A DNA stretch of 64,000 bases from Terriglobia bacterium (GTDB lineage Bacteria; Acidobacteriota; Terriglobia; 20CM-2-55-15): contig CBDCLE010000020.1 in assembly GCA_965218585.1 (NCBI GenBank), forward strand, positions 1 through 64,000. The letters are read 5' to 3'. The notes beneath the pieces are model-generated. The model did no database searches. It was not told the DNA's origin and saw only the letters and a list, made by a program, of their open reading frames with translations. Every line of letters begins with the position of its first letter. Within the stretch, counting starts at the first letter, position 1. Of the stretch, positions 40,459 through 51,616 are shown one piece after another. Both the position numbers and the translations under genes were made by a program.

Positions 40459-41340
40459 ATGTCCGAATTGTTCGGGGAACCTCGAGACACGACCGGTATC
40501 TGGCGCGTGGGTACCGCTGGTTGGAGCTATCCACCCGGCAGTGGGTCCGGGACCTGGACGGGTGTCTTCTATCCGCTCAAGAAGACTGACGAACTGAAGT
40601 TCTATTCCCGCTACTTCAACACTGTTGAAGTCAACTCCACTTTCTACAGGCCCTGCTCGAGGGAAGTTGCCCGGGGTTGGGTTCGCCGCACGCCGGATGA
40701 GTTCGAGTTCACGGTTAAGGTCTGGCGCGAGTTTACTCATACGCGTGGATCATGGTCTCGAAGCGAAATCGATCTGTTCAGGGAAGGGCTGGAGCCTTTG
40801 GCCGAGAGTGGCAAGCTGGGGTGTATTCTGTTTCAGTTTCCCGCTTCGTTCCACCGGTCGGAGGAAAATCTGGCCTATCTGGAACGGGTACTTTCCCTGT
40901 TCAGCAAGTTCCCATCGGTCGTCGAGTTGCGCCACCGATCCTGGAATGATTCGTCGGATCTGATCACAACCATGGGCGCGACGCCGGCTTTTATCGATGA
41001 ACCCAAGTTTGCTACTTCCATACGGCAGATCCTTCGGCCCTCCGGAGTGATGCTCTATGTTCGGCTTCACGGGCGCCGCAAGGACACGTGGTGGACCCAT
41101 GAGAACCGGGAGGAGCGTTACGACTACCTCTACAGTGGCGAGGAAATCGATCGTTACGCGGGAGTGCTCAAGCAGTTGTCCCAAGACAGGCCTATCGAAA
41201 AGGCTTACCTGATATTCAACAACCATCCGGGTGCGAAGGCCGTAGCGAACGCCGTTACGCTGCGCAGCAAGCTCGAAATCCCGAACCCGACGCCGCTTCC
41301 CGCGCCTTTGCTCGAACGCTTTCCGGAGCTGGGCGCATAA
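40459..41340 (+). CDS. DUF72 family protein
   Basis: VGTAGWSY, VEVNSTFY, QFPASF, ELRHRSW, YVRLHGR, YDYLYS, FNN. Confidence 0.92.
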   Translation: MSELFGEPRDTTGIWRVGTAGWSYPPGSGSGTWTGVFYPLKKTDELKFYSRYFNTVEVNSTFYRPCSREVARGWVRRTPDEFEFTVKVWREFTHTRGSWSRSEIDLFREGLEPLAESGKLGCILFQFPASFHRSEENLAYLERVLSLFSKFPSVVELRHRSWNDSSDLITTMGATPAFIDEPKFATSIRQILRPSGVMLYVRLHGRRKDTWWTHENREERYDYLYSGEEIDRYAGVLKQLSQDRPIEKAYLIFNNHPGAKAVANAVTLRSKLEIPNPTPLPAPLLERFPELGA

Positions 41341-41478
41341 ATTTAATTTATAGCGCGAATCGGCCCCACAGCTGGACTCGCGGAACTAAGAACCTCGAGA
41401 AGGTTGGTGAAATAAAGCGCTTTTTCTTGCACATTTAGCATGAAAAGGACAAGCTACCGGGAGGAGTACGCTAAGAAT

Positions 41479-42057
41479 ATGAGATTCGTTTCCCTGTGCT
41501 TGTTTCTGGCCGGCGTTCTTCTGATCCTGCCATCTGTGACCAATGCCCAGCAGTTGCCTGGCGGACGAAACACCGACTTGGAAATGCTGGAAAAGGGCTT
41601 CGATGTGCTGGGAACCAATGTGCCCAGCTTTCCCCCGGGCTTTTGGAGTACACCTGAAGGAAAGGCCAGGCTGGAACAGCTTCAGATGGAGCGTTTCAGG
41701 GAGAGCATCGAGGAGTTGGCCGAGCTGGGTGAAGAAGACTGGACCGCTCAATATGTTTCGACTTCGGATCGGTCGGTTCGCCGGGAATTTGAGGACAGGG
41801 TGGAGGATCTGGAGGAAGTCACCGACGGGTTGATCAAGTTCTTCGAATGGAGATTTGCTGCCGAGCCGATCGAAGTTGAAGAGCCTTCCCGGGAGGGTAT
41901 TCGAGAACGGGTGGTACAGATGACTCCGATGCTGGGACAGATCCTTGAGGCGATCGACACTCTTCAGGCCGGTGGCGGCATTCAGGTTCAGCAGTTCGTC
42001 ACAATGCGGGAGAACCTGGCCCATATCCACACACTCAGTCGAATCCTGCGCGACTGA
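41479..42057 (+). CDS. Secreted hypothetical protein
   Basis: Signal peptide (TNA|QQ), helical acidic mature region. Confidence 0.65.
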   Translation: MRFVSLCLFLAGVLLILPSVTNAQQLPGGRNTDLEMLEKGFDVLGTNVPSFPPGFWSTPEGKARLEQLQMERFRESIEELAELGEEDWTAQYVSTSDRSVRREFEDRVEDLEEVTDGLIKFFEWRFAAEPIEVEEPSREGIRERVVQMTPMLGQILEAIDTLQAGGGIQVQQFVTMRENLAHIHTLSRILRD

Positions 42058-42142
42058 ACCTGCTCGAAAGATCGCCCGAAATCTTCCTGTTTCCCCGACC
42101 GACACGACCGGCACGGTCCGGGGTGCTTCGATCAACTGGTTA

Positions 42143-42736
42143 ATGAACATGTGGACAAGCCGAATCGTCGCGTTGTTTTTCGTCCTGGGTACCTTACATG
42201 TGTCAGCAGAGGCGCAGGATCCCGTTCGTGTCCGGATCCGAACAGGGATGGGCAACGTCGACGTTGAACTGTACCCGGACAAGGCTCCCGGGACGGTGGA
42301 AAATTTTCTCAGATACGTGGATGGTGGTTTCTATCAAGGCGGGCGTTTTCACCGTACGGTCACGCTCGACAATCAACCGAACAACGACGTGCTGATCGAG
42401 GTCATTCAGGCTGGCATTAACCCGGAGCGGGACGGGGAAGGTTTCGACCCTATTCCGCTGGAGCGGACCAGTGTGACCGGGCTCCGGCACGAAGACGGCG
42501 TGATCTCGATGGCCCGGTTCGAGCCCGATTCAGCGCGGTCGGATTTCTTCATCTGTATCGAAGATCAGCCGTCGCTGGATTTCGGTGGGGCCCGCAACCC
42601 GGACGGGCAGGGATTTGCAGCGTTCGGGAAGGTCATCGACGGTATGGACGTTGTGCGCGCGATTCAGGGCGCGCCCGTCGAGGAGCAGCGTCTCACCCCA
42701 CCGGTGGGTATCCTTTCGATAGAGCGGCTCCGATAG
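42143..42736 (+). CDS. Cyclophilin-type peptidyl-prolyl isomerase, exported
   Basis: APGTVENFLRY, FHR, VIQAG, SMAR, DFFI, FAAFGKVIDGMDVV. Confidence 0.92.
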   Translation: MNMWTSRIVALFFVLGTLHVSAEAQDPVRVRIRTGMGNVDVELYPDKAPGTVENFLRYVDGGFYQGGRFHRTVTLDNQPNNDVLIEVIQAGINPERDGEGFDPIPLERTSVTGLRHEDGVISMARFEPDSARSDFFICIEDQPSLDFGGARNPDGQGFAAFGKVIDGMDVVRAIQGAPVEEQRLTPPVGILSIERLR

Positions 42737-42779
42737 CCGGAGAATAGCCGCGGAGCCCGGAGCGGGAGTCCGACACCCG

Positions 42780-43835
42780 TTAGAAGGACGCCAATGCGTT
42801 AAATGGGCTTGCCGTGCCTCCCCGGATCGGATTGATCTGAATGGCTGTCAGGAATTCCCATTGCCGCAATCGCGCAGCTGTCGCCGCAACTTCTTTCAGG
42901 TAGCCGTTATCGACGATGGGCAACCCCAGATTCACCTGTGTGAGTTGATGTATGGGGCGGTTGATGCCTTGAACACCGGATGGCTGAACATCGTTCACGG
43001 CGTCACCAATCAAAATCGCCACATCCCTTTCACGTAGCCAGGGCAGAACCGATGCGTGCAAGCCCGCTCCCCCCTGTCCGTATCGCCAGGGCCCTTCAGC
43101 TTCACGTTTCGCCCAGCGACCCGTGCGAACAAAGAGCGCATCGCCGCTGCCGATTTTAACGCCGGCAAATTCCTCCCAGGCTTCGAGGTCGGACACGTAA
43201 ATGGGCGTGCTCGGCTCCAACCAGTCGACGCCTCGCATCAGGGGCATATCCACCAGGACACCCCGGGTCACATAGGACGTGCCCATACGATCGATCGCCA
43301 GGTCTTCGCAACCCGTGGCCGTAAGATTCTGCGGATATCCGTTAAAGATCACGTATTCGCCATCTATTTCAGTTCGGTAATGGCAAAGCGCATCCAGATG
43401 AGAAAGCATACCGTCGTGAAGAGAGAACTGTATTTCATCCAGTGCAAAACTGGGTTCGCCGGTAACCGGATCGAGTCGACTCATCCAGTGTTCTGTGGGT
43501 CCGAAGGTCTGGCTATCCAGCGTTTTCTCCTCGGTCACAAAATGCTGCAGGGTTACGGTTTCACCTGCCCGCACTAACGAGGCAGCCTGCCGGGTCTTTT
43601 CCGGCGTGATCAGATTCAAAGTGCCGCGTTGATCGTCCGGTCCCCACCTTCCCCAGTTGGACAATTCCTGCTCCCAATTACTCAGGGTCTCAAGAGTAAC
43701 CAGAACAGACGGGTCCTGGGTCGACGGATGCATCTGAAATTCCTGCGCCGCCATCGCATCGAACAGGAACAACGCGAGCATCATGCAAACTGCTCTCATG
43801 GCGGTCTTTGGTTGTGCCTTAAAGATTTTAGTCAT
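42780..43835 (-). CDS. Cyclase family (kynurenine formamidase-like) metal hydrolase, exported
   Basis: NWGRWGPDDQRGTLN, HDGMLSHLDALCH, RGVLVD, GDALFVRTG, GGTASP. Confidence 0.88.
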   Translation of the reverse strand: MTKIFKAQPKTAMRAVCMMLALFLFDAMAAQEFQMHPSTQDPSVLVTLETLSNWEQELSNWGRWGPDDQRGTLNLITPEKTRQAASLVRAGETVTLQHFVTEEKTLDSQTFGPTEHWMSRLDPVTGEPSFALDEIQFSLHDGMLSHLDALCHYRTEIDGEYVIFNGYPQNLTATGCEDLAIDRMGTSYVTRGVLVDMPLMRGVDWLEPSTPIYVSDLEAWEEFAGVKIGSGDALFVRTGRWAKREAEGPWRYGQGGAGLHASVLPWLRERDVAILIGDAVNDVQPSGVQGINRPIHQLTQVNLGLPIVDNGYLKEVAATAARLRQWEFLTAIQINPIRGGTASPFNALASF

Positions 43836-43867
43836 GGGACCAGACTTCCACAGCCTTCCTCACCAAA

Positions 43868-45253
43868 TCATCTCTGTGGCACGACGCGAAACTCTTCGTT
43901 GGGAGGAGGGATCACAGCGATCTCCGTGGGGCGCTCTAGCTGGGGCACCCAGTCGTATGGAACGCGGTATGCACGGTAGACACGGTTGCTCCGGTTCGGA
44001 ACTGTGGTGAAATACGGATTGACGTACTCCCAGACGATCTCATTGTCGCTGGTCACCTCGAACATGCGTCCGATGGCTCCTTCATTGATCAGCGTGTTGC
44101 CATTCGGCAACCGCTGGGCCGAGCTGATGTACTGACTGAAGAACGTGACCCGTTCCTGGCCAGCGATGGAATACTCCCAGACCTTTTCGAACGTTACCGG
44201 GTTCACCTCGAGGACGCGTGAGCCCAAGCGTCGGACGGTTCCCCTTCCGGTCGGCGCCGACAGGTTCGGAGCGCCGTAGCCAGCCGCCCCGCCATTGTCA
44301 AAGACCAGCAGGTTGCCGGCGCCGGGGAGCCCGGTCGGGATGATGTGCGGTTGATGCTGGCCCACGACCTGGCCCAGCCGGGCCAGGGCCGGGTCATCCC
44401 GGTAGTCGGGTCCCATCTTCCAGACGACGTCGCCGTCACGGTCCACGATGGCGATGATGTTCGACTGGCGACTGCTCCACATAACATTCTCAGGATGGAA
44501 CCGCTCATCTCCCTCGTCGTACCAGTGGTTCGGGCCGACGTATGCCATGGCGTTGATGTGCATCCAGTCGGCGGTGCCTCGTGCTTCGCTCCAGCCGGGA
44601 TAGCGGTAGATCGTGTTGCGCGCCTCGCCGCTGAAACCGAACTCGTCGATATGGTCGCTGGCCAGCCACTCCCATGTGATGTCGCCATCCCAGGTGACCT
44701 CCAGAATGTAGTCGTCTTCGAGCGTCTTGTCGGTGATTTCCGGATTCAGGACGTCGCGATGCGCTAGAACGAGCGTCCGCCCCTGGTCTACCATTGGCTC
44801 TGCGTCGGGCGCGTAGTAGCCGACGGGGCTTCCCTCACGCTGCCAGTCGTGGTGCATCCGGACCATCCACCTGGGTTCTTCGCCTTCCTCTTCCACCAGT
44901 TCGGTGCGATCGAACTTCCAGACGATCTCGCCGTCCCAGTCCACCTGGATGAGTTCCAGCGCCTCCTGCCGCCCCCGCCGGGCGCTGGAGCCACCGACGA
45001 GATAACCGCCCGGCAGGACACGAACCGGCGCTGAAGTTACTTCCGTCCAGTGCTTCAGCACGTTGCCGTTCATGTCCATAAGCACAGTGCCGCCCTCTCT
45101 CTCCCCCTCCCCCCGAATTTCGAAGACGGTGTAGCCGCTCCAGGTCTTGTCCGGGTGGAACACGGTGGTGCCCGTCGGGAAAACGGACTGAAAAGTGAGC
45201 GATAGCGACGGCGTCAGAACGAGAGCAGCCGCCAGCATCATGAGTCTTTTCAT
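43868..45253 (-). CDS. Aryl-sulfate sulfotransferase (ASST)-like beta-propeller protein
   Basis: HHDWQR, DWMHIN, GQHQPH, VFDNG, SSAQRLPNGNTLI, VYRAYR. Signal peptide. Confidence 0.85.
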   Translation of the reverse strand: MKRLMMLAAALVLTPSLSLTFQSVFPTGTTVFHPDKTWSGYTVFEIRGEGEREGGTVLMDMNGNVLKHWTEVTSAPVRVLPGGYLVGGSSARRGRQEALELIQVDWDGEIVWKFDRTELVEEEGEEPRWMVRMHHDWQREGSPVGYYAPDAEPMVDQGRTLVLAHRDVLNPEITDKTLEDDYILEVTWDGDITWEWLASDHIDEFGFSGEARNTIYRYPGWSEARGTADWMHINAMAYVGPNHWYDEGDERFHPENVMWSSRQSNIIAIVDRDGDVVWKMGPDYRDDPALARLGQVVGQHQPHIIPTGLPGAGNLLVFDNGGAAGYGAPNLSAPTGRGTVRRLGSRVLEVNPVTFEKVWEYSIAGQERVTFFSQYISSAQRLPNGNTLINEGAIGRMFEVTSDNEIVWEYVNPYFTTVPNRSNRVYRAYRVPYDWVPQLERPTEIAVIPPPNEEFRVVPQR

Positions 45254-45427
45254 TTCATCTCTCCTCTTTTGCTGCTGCGATGCCAGACGAAGGGCGATGT
45301 AGTCAACCCAGGACTGCTCGACATGCCGGATTCCGTGCTTGGCAGTTGGATAATAAGACTACACGCGGGACTTGAGGTCAATCAAAACGGCAATAAATCA
45401 CCCGCGAATGAACCCGCTCCTTGCTAA

Positions 45428-46270
45428 TCAAAAAAACTGGGTCGATACCTCGTTCTCGATGCAGATGTATTCGATCATGTTTGTGTCGAGCATAACGCGC
45501 TGGTTCACCCGGACGGTGAACGGCTCCGTGTATGCCATGGGGTCTTCGATGGTGACATCGATTTCCAGATTTCCGTAGTTCACTCGACGGAACCGCTCAG
45601 TTATCTTCCCTGACGAGGTCAACGGGCTGCCGTTGTAATCGAGCCACACATCATCCCTAAAACCGATCGTTTCCACGACCAGCGTGTCTCCCTCCCATCT
45701 GCCCACCGAGTAACCAAACCACCACGGTAACGGGTCGTTGTCGGGCAAGGACCGACCATCTGTGAAGATCTGCCGAATACCCGAGTTGGCTTCATTCAGA
45801 ATGACGATCACATCCGGAGTCTGGATGATCTTCCTCGGAAAGATATGCGTGTGATACAGCATGTGGCCCATCGGCAGACAGTGAGCGTCGGGGTTGCCTT
45901 GCGCATCGTCCGCCATGCGCTGTTGTCCGATCTCTTCAGCCCATTCTGTATACGGAACCTCCATCTGGGCTCCGATCTCAAAGAAGTTCGCGACAGGAGG
46001 CGAACCTGGCGGTGGGCTCGGGCGTTCCCCAGCAGCACCCCGACCCAGTTGTCCCCCTACCGGAGCACGCTGGCCACCGACGTTCTCCCAAAGGCCCGTC
46101 AAATCCGGTCTGCCTTCGCTTGTCCTGGGTATTGGCCCTTCCAGATCCGGTTCTCCGTCAGGCATTCTGGGGACTCCGGACGTGGGAAAAGCCGCCCACT
46201 GCGCCGAGAGCGAACCCGAAACGAGAGTCAAGGCAGCGATCAGACCAGCCGTACGCAGCAACATTTTCAT
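45428..46270 (-). CDS. Secreted hypothetical protein
   Basis: Signal peptide, GRPDLTGLW, NPDAHCLPMG, GYSVGRWEGDTLVVET, EYICIEN. Confidence 0.8.
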   Translation of the reverse strand: MKMLLRTAGLIAALTLVSGSLSAQWAAFPTSGVPRMPDGEPDLEGPIPRTSEGRPDLTGLWENVGGQRAPVGGQLGRGAAGERPSPPPGSPPVANFFEIGAQMEVPYTEWAEEIGQQRMADDAQGNPDAHCLPMGHMLYHTHIFPRKIIQTPDVIVILNEANSGIRQIFTDGRSLPDNDPLPWWFGYSVGRWEGDTLVVETIGFRDDVWLDYNGSPLTSSGKITERFRRVNYGNLEIDVTIEDPMAYTEPFTVRVNQRVMLDTNMIEYICIENEVSTQFF

Positions 46271-46507
46271 CTTCAGCCTCCCGATTGGACGCGGTTGTAA
46301 CTATTGGAACAGTCTCCCGGATGACAGAGTCCGGAGTTTTTCCAAAAAGCAAGTCTATAGACCGAATGGGATTGGAAGCAATCAGAACGTCAGTGTTGCA
46401 AGGTGAGGCTGTTCACTGTTGGAATCCATTACAGTTTCTCTCCGATTATTGAAAAGGTAAGCTCCCTGGCGTAGGTTCCGGAAGACGCTAATCGAGCAGG
46501 AATAGTT

Positions 46508-46546
46508 CTCAACTTCCGAGAAGATGATTTCTCGGGACTTGACCTC
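46508..46546 (+). repeat. dif/Xer-like recombination site, copy A
   Basis: CTCA-ACTTCCGAGAA-GATGAT-TTCTCGGGACT-TGACCTC. 11-6-11 dyad core at 46512-46539. 35/39 identical to copy B. Confidence 0.8.
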
Positions 46547-46570
46547 TGTGGGAGGTAGGAGCGTTGGTTC

Positions 46571-46909
46571 CTAATTCTTGTTCCTGAACGGCAACGTAAA
46601 CTCGTCGTCCTGAATGTTGCACATCATTCTCGCGTGCACCTTGTACTCTCGCCACAGCTTGCCCGCTTCCTCGTCATCCGGCAAGAAACACCGACCCAGA
46701 TACATTCCATCTCTGGGCGTTGTTGAATACTTTACGTAATAGCAATCCGGACGGTCGGCAAGATCACCGAGAAGGCGGCTCAACAAGTCTTGGTCAGTCG
46801 CTGTAAAACAGAGCTTCTTTCGTGAGAACTCTTGTTCATCATTCCAGCCTGCACCTCGACGTCCCATGAAGACACCATTGTGAGTCACATGGAATGTATC
46901 TGAGTTCAA
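46571..46909 (-). CDS. Hypothetical protein (112 aa) carried between direct dif-like repeats
   Basis: Strong RBS AGGAGGTGA just upstream of TTG at 46909. ...KKLCF...CYYVKYS...DGMYLGRCF...QDD. Confidence 0.75.
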   Translation of the reverse strand: MNSDTFHVTHNGVFMGRRGAGWNDEQEFSRKKLCFTATDQDLLSRLLGDLADRPDCYYVKYSTTPRDGMYLGRCFLPDDEEAGKLWREYKVHARMMCNIQDDEFTLPFRNKN

Positions 46910-46945
46910 GAACTCACCTCCTGAATGGGCCTGTTCAACATTTAG

Positions 46946-46984
46946 CTCAACGTCCGACAAGATGATTTATCAGGACTTGACCTC
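46946..46984 (+). repeat. dif/Xer-like recombination site, copy B
   Basis: CTCA-ACGTCCGACAA-GATGAT-TTATCAGGACT-TGACCTC. Core at 46950-46977. Direct repeat of copy A at a 438-bp period. Confidence 0.8.
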
Positions 46985-46989
46985 GGAAA

Positions 46990-47132
46990 TCAGGGGACCG
47001 GCACCCGCATGGCATGCACCAAGGACATGCCGAGCACGTTGAGTAAAAATTGGCCGTCATCTTCATGTCTTCGGTCGTTAGCGCCAAATGGTGCACGCCA
47101 TGGGTCAGCGCCACGGGTTTTGTATATGCCAT
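46990..47132 (-). pseudogene. Truncated, frameshifted VOC/glyoxalase family gene
   Basis: MAYTKPVALTHGVHHLALTTEDMKMTANFY, then a shifted frame NVLGMSLVHAMRVP. Ends 5 bp from repeat B. Confidence 0.7.
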
Positions 47133-47228
47133 GGAAGCCTCCGTCAGGGAACGGGTACTGTGGACCGAAATGTAGTATTGGAGGCCGCCATGTTGCACAA
47201 TATGCCCCGAACCAAATTGGGAAAATCA

Positions 47229-48185
47229 ATGGCACCGTCCGAAACACGTATCGATGTACACCACCATGTGCTGCCTGAATTTTACAAGGACGCGCAGCGT
47301 GCCGCAGGTATTTCCGGCAGCGCATATCGCGGGTTTCCGGAATGGACACCGGAGAAATCGCTCGCGCTGATGAACGACCACCAGATCGCCTCCACCATTT
47401 TGTCGTTTACCGCGCCGGGCATCTATTTTGGCGACCCTGTCCAGACCTGCGATCTCGCGCGCCGGTGCAACGACTATCTGGCTGCCCTCGCGCAGGCCCA
47501 TCCCGGGCGTTTCGGGGGATTTGCGTTCCTTCCCTTACCGGATATCGATGCGTCCCTGGCGGAAATTGAACGGCTCGTGGACGATCTGAAACTCGACGGC
47601 ATTACGCTCCTGACCAGCGTCGATGAGCGCTATATCGGCCATCCGGATTTCGAGCCGGTCTATGAAGAGCTCAACCGGCGGCGGGTGGTAACCTTTATTC
47701 ACCCCTGTTATCCGCCGGGAACCGAGGCACGGGGCTGGAACATCCCGCGCATGATGATCGACTTCCCGTTCGAGACCACTCGCGTGGCCACCAATCTGAT
47801 CCTCAACGGAGTGATGGAACGACACCGGGACATCCCGTTTATCCTGTCACATGCGGGCGGCACGTTACCGTTCCTCGCCCATCGCATCGCCATCTTCGAC
47901 AAGAAAATATCGCTCCAGGACAACTACCCGGAAGGGGCACTCGCTTACATGAAACGGTTTTATTTCGACACAGCGCTGTCGGGCAACAAGGTACCGCTCG
48001 ATGCCTTGTCTGGGATTATAGATCCCTCGCACATTTTGTTTGGCAGCGATTACCCCTACGTGTCGGAAGATGTCGTCGCCATCGAGACCGACGGGTTGGA
48101 TAGCTACGTCGGCTATGATGAGACGACACACGCGATGATCAATCGCGGCAATGCCGAAAAACTGTTTCCGCGCTTCGCGGCTTAG
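47229..48185 (+). CDS. Amidohydrolase_2 family (ACMSD / aromatic decarboxylase-like)
   Basis: IDVHHH, FIHP, FETTR, LSHAGG, FYFDTA, LFGSDYP, GNA. Confidence 0.9.
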   Translation: MAPSETRIDVHHHVLPEFYKDAQRAAGISGSAYRGFPEWTPEKSLALMNDHQIASTILSFTAPGIYFGDPVQTCDLARRCNDYLAALAQAHPGRFGGFAFLPLPDIDASLAEIERLVDDLKLDGITLLTSVDERYIGHPDFEPVYEELNRRRVVTFIHPCYPPGTEARGWNIPRMMIDFPFETTRVATNLILNGVMERHRDIPFILSHAGGTLPFLAHRIAIFDKKISLQDNYPEGALAYMKRFYFDTALSGNKVPLDALSGIIDPSHILFGSDYPYVSEDVVAIETDGLDSYVGYDETTHAMINRGNAEKLFPRFAA

Positions 48186-48430
48186 GCCGATTGCACGATA
48201 GCCATTTCGGAAGCTTTACGAATTGCGGGGCGGTCCATCAGCCGTTTGCGCCAACGTAAAGGATTGCGACAGCCTCGATCGAGACCGGACCTGAAGTGTC
48301 GAACCTGCATTCGTCGCCTCGTTCGTTTCAGGTTCATCATCGATGACCGCTAAGGGGATACAGGCCCTGAGACCCCATCAAGGCGCTGGCACCCGTTCCT
48401 TCAGTTCTTCAAACCAGTTCAGGACAACGT

Positions 48431-48559
48431 TTATTTGGGGCGCGTTTTGAATCGGGAGGCAGCTTGGTTCAGGGAGTTGTGTAGTTCTTCCCAAGCTTTC
48501 TGCAGGCCTGGTTTCAGATCGTCCCAAGCTTCAGCAGTCGTTTCTTTCAATTCGCTCAA
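48431..48559 (-). pseudogene. C-terminal remnant of a small coiled-coil protein, cut by IS3
   Basis: Minus strand [42 protein letters not shown] begins exactly at the IS3 left end. Confidence 0.6.
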
Positions 48560-48613
48560 TGAACCGCCCCGGGTTTTCCGGAGACTCCATTTCTTGAGAG
48601 GATGGGAGTCATC

Positions 48614-49872
<1,259 letters not shown>

Positions 49873-49875
49873 TAG

Positions 49876-51612
49876 CCCGCATATTTCACCGATAGGACCA
49901 GAAAAGGCCGCCCTGTCTGGCATAAAGCGTTTTGAAATAAACGTTTAACAAGCCAAACGGAGACGGCCCTTATGAGAACAGAGTGTAACCAAACGACGTT
50001 CGAATTTCACGGACTTCTTCAACGAAAAGTGAAGGCGCGTTTTGACGGCGGAAAGATCACCTCCGACGCTGGGGTTCTGCTGTTGAGGGAAGTGGAAAAG
50101 CGAACGGGTCTGATCGCCGGACTGGCCGAGTGTTTCAGGGATTACCGGGACGCGAGGTTGATCGAACACACGGTGAGCGAGTTATTGGGGCAGCGCGTCT
50201 ACGGACTCTGTCTGGGCTACGAGGATCTGAACGATCATGACCAACTGCGGACCGATCCGATGCTGGCCGTGGCGGTGGATAAGGCCGATCCACTGGGGGA
50301 GAAGCGGCGGCAGGCCCGAGACCGGGGAAAAGCGTTGGCGGGCAAGTGTACGCTGAACCGGTTGGAACTGACCGGGGAGCAAGTCGATGGGAAGGAGCGG
50401 TACAAGAAGATTGCCATGGACCCGGACAAGATCGACCGCTGGATGGTGGATGCATTTGTGGCGGCTCACGGATCGGCGCCCGAGGAGATTGTTCTGGACC
50501 TGGATGCGACCGATGATCCGATCCATGGCCATCAGGAAGGACGGTTCTTTCACGGCTACTACGGCAACTACTGTTATCTGCCGCTCTACATCTTTTCGGG
50601 AGAGCATCTGCTATGCGCCCGGTTGCGGTGCTCCAATGTCGACGGTGCGGACGGCGCCGTCGAGGAATTGAACCGCATCATCGGCCAGATCCGGCAGAGC
50701 TGGCCGGAGGTGTCGATTATCATCCGGGCCGACTCGGGCTTTTGCCGGGATGAATTGCTGAGTTGGTGCGAGGCCCACCAGGTCGATTACGTGGTGGGTC
50801 TGGCCAAGAACGATCGGCTCAAGCGCGAGATCGCTGAATCGATGAGTCAGGCCGAAGCCGAGTTTAACGACACCGGGAAACCGGCGCGGGTGTTTAACGA
50901 TTTCCGGTATCGCACTCGGAAGAGCTGGACCTGCACCCGACGCGTCATCGGCAAGGCCGAGTTCCTGGAGAAAGGCGCCAATCCTCGATTCGTTGTGACC
51001 TCACTGTCGCCGGAACGCCTGGACGCCCGCGCCCTCTATGAAGACTTTTACTGTGCGCGGGGCGACATGGAAAATCGCATCAAGGAACAGCAGTTGGATC
51101 TATTCGCCGACCGGACCAGCGCGGCAACCATGCGCGCCAATCAACTCCGGCTCTATCTGTCCTCGGCCGCCTACATGCTCCTGCACGCGTTACGCCGTCT
51201 GGGACTGAAGAATACCGATCTGGCCCGCGCTCAGTGCCAGACGATCCGCTTGAAGCTCCTCAAGATCGGAGCTCAAGTCCGTCTGACGGTTCGCAACATC
51301 TGGATCTCCATGTCGGAAGCCTATCCCTACGCCGAGGTCTTTGCCCTCGTCCATCGAAACCTGCAGGCGCTTCCTCTGCGCTGCTGAGAACCGACCCGAT
51401 CCCCTGCGCCAAAATCGACTCGCTCTTTTCGGCTCCGCCGAGGTTTGTCTCAGTGCGTTTCGTCACCCTCTTCTGAACCCGAAAACGCAGCAACTCCCGC
51501 TTGTCGACACCGCCGAGTCACGCCACACATGCCCAATTCGAACCCAGATCCTCCCGAATCCGATTCTTACTGCCCAAATCCCCCTGATCGCCGGACTGGT
51601 GAAACATGCGGG
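49876..51612 (+). mobile_element. IS1380-family insertion sequence (1737 bp)
   Basis: IRs CCCGCATATTTCACC / GGTGAAACATGCGGG. CTAG duplicated at 49872-49875 and 51613-51616. Confidence 0.93.
49972..51387 (+). CDS. IS1380 transposase
   Basis: FDGGKITSDAG, GYEDLND, LDLDATDD, RADSGF, YCARGDMENRIKE. Confidence 0.95.
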   Translation: MRTECNQTTFEFHGLLQRKVKARFDGGKITSDAGVLLLREVEKRTGLIAGLAECFRDYRDARLIEHTVSELLGQRVYGLCLGYEDLNDHDQLRTDPMLAVAVDKADPLGEKRRQARDRGKALAGKCTLNRLELTGEQVDGKERYKKIAMDPDKIDRWMVDAFVAAHGSAPEEIVLDLDATDDPIHGHQEGRFFHGYYGNYCYLPLYIFSGEHLLCARLRCSNVDGADGAVEELNRIIGQIRQSWPEVSIIIRADSGFCRDELLSWCEAHQVDYVVGLAKNDRLKREIAESMSQAEAEFNDTGKPARVFNDFRYRTRKSWTCTRRVIGKAEFLEKGANPRFVVTSLSPERLDARALYEDFYCARGDMENRIKEQQLDLFADRTSAATMRANQLRLYLSSAAYMLLHALRRLGLKNTDLARAQCQTIRLKLLKIGAQVRLTVRNIWISMSEAYPYAEVFALVHRNLQALPLRC

Positions 51613-51616
51613 CTAG

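Noticed and set aside
45340-45378. GTTGGATAA...GGGACTTGA as a fifth dif-like site
   Set aside because: Only the GGGACTTGA end matches; arm spacing and the left arm do not fit.
46508-46984. 39-bp direct repeats as a CRISPR array or integron attC sites
   Set aside because: The spacer is 399 bp and contains a gene, and there are no cas genes. The RYYYAAC...GTTRRRY attC boxes and an integron integrase are absent.
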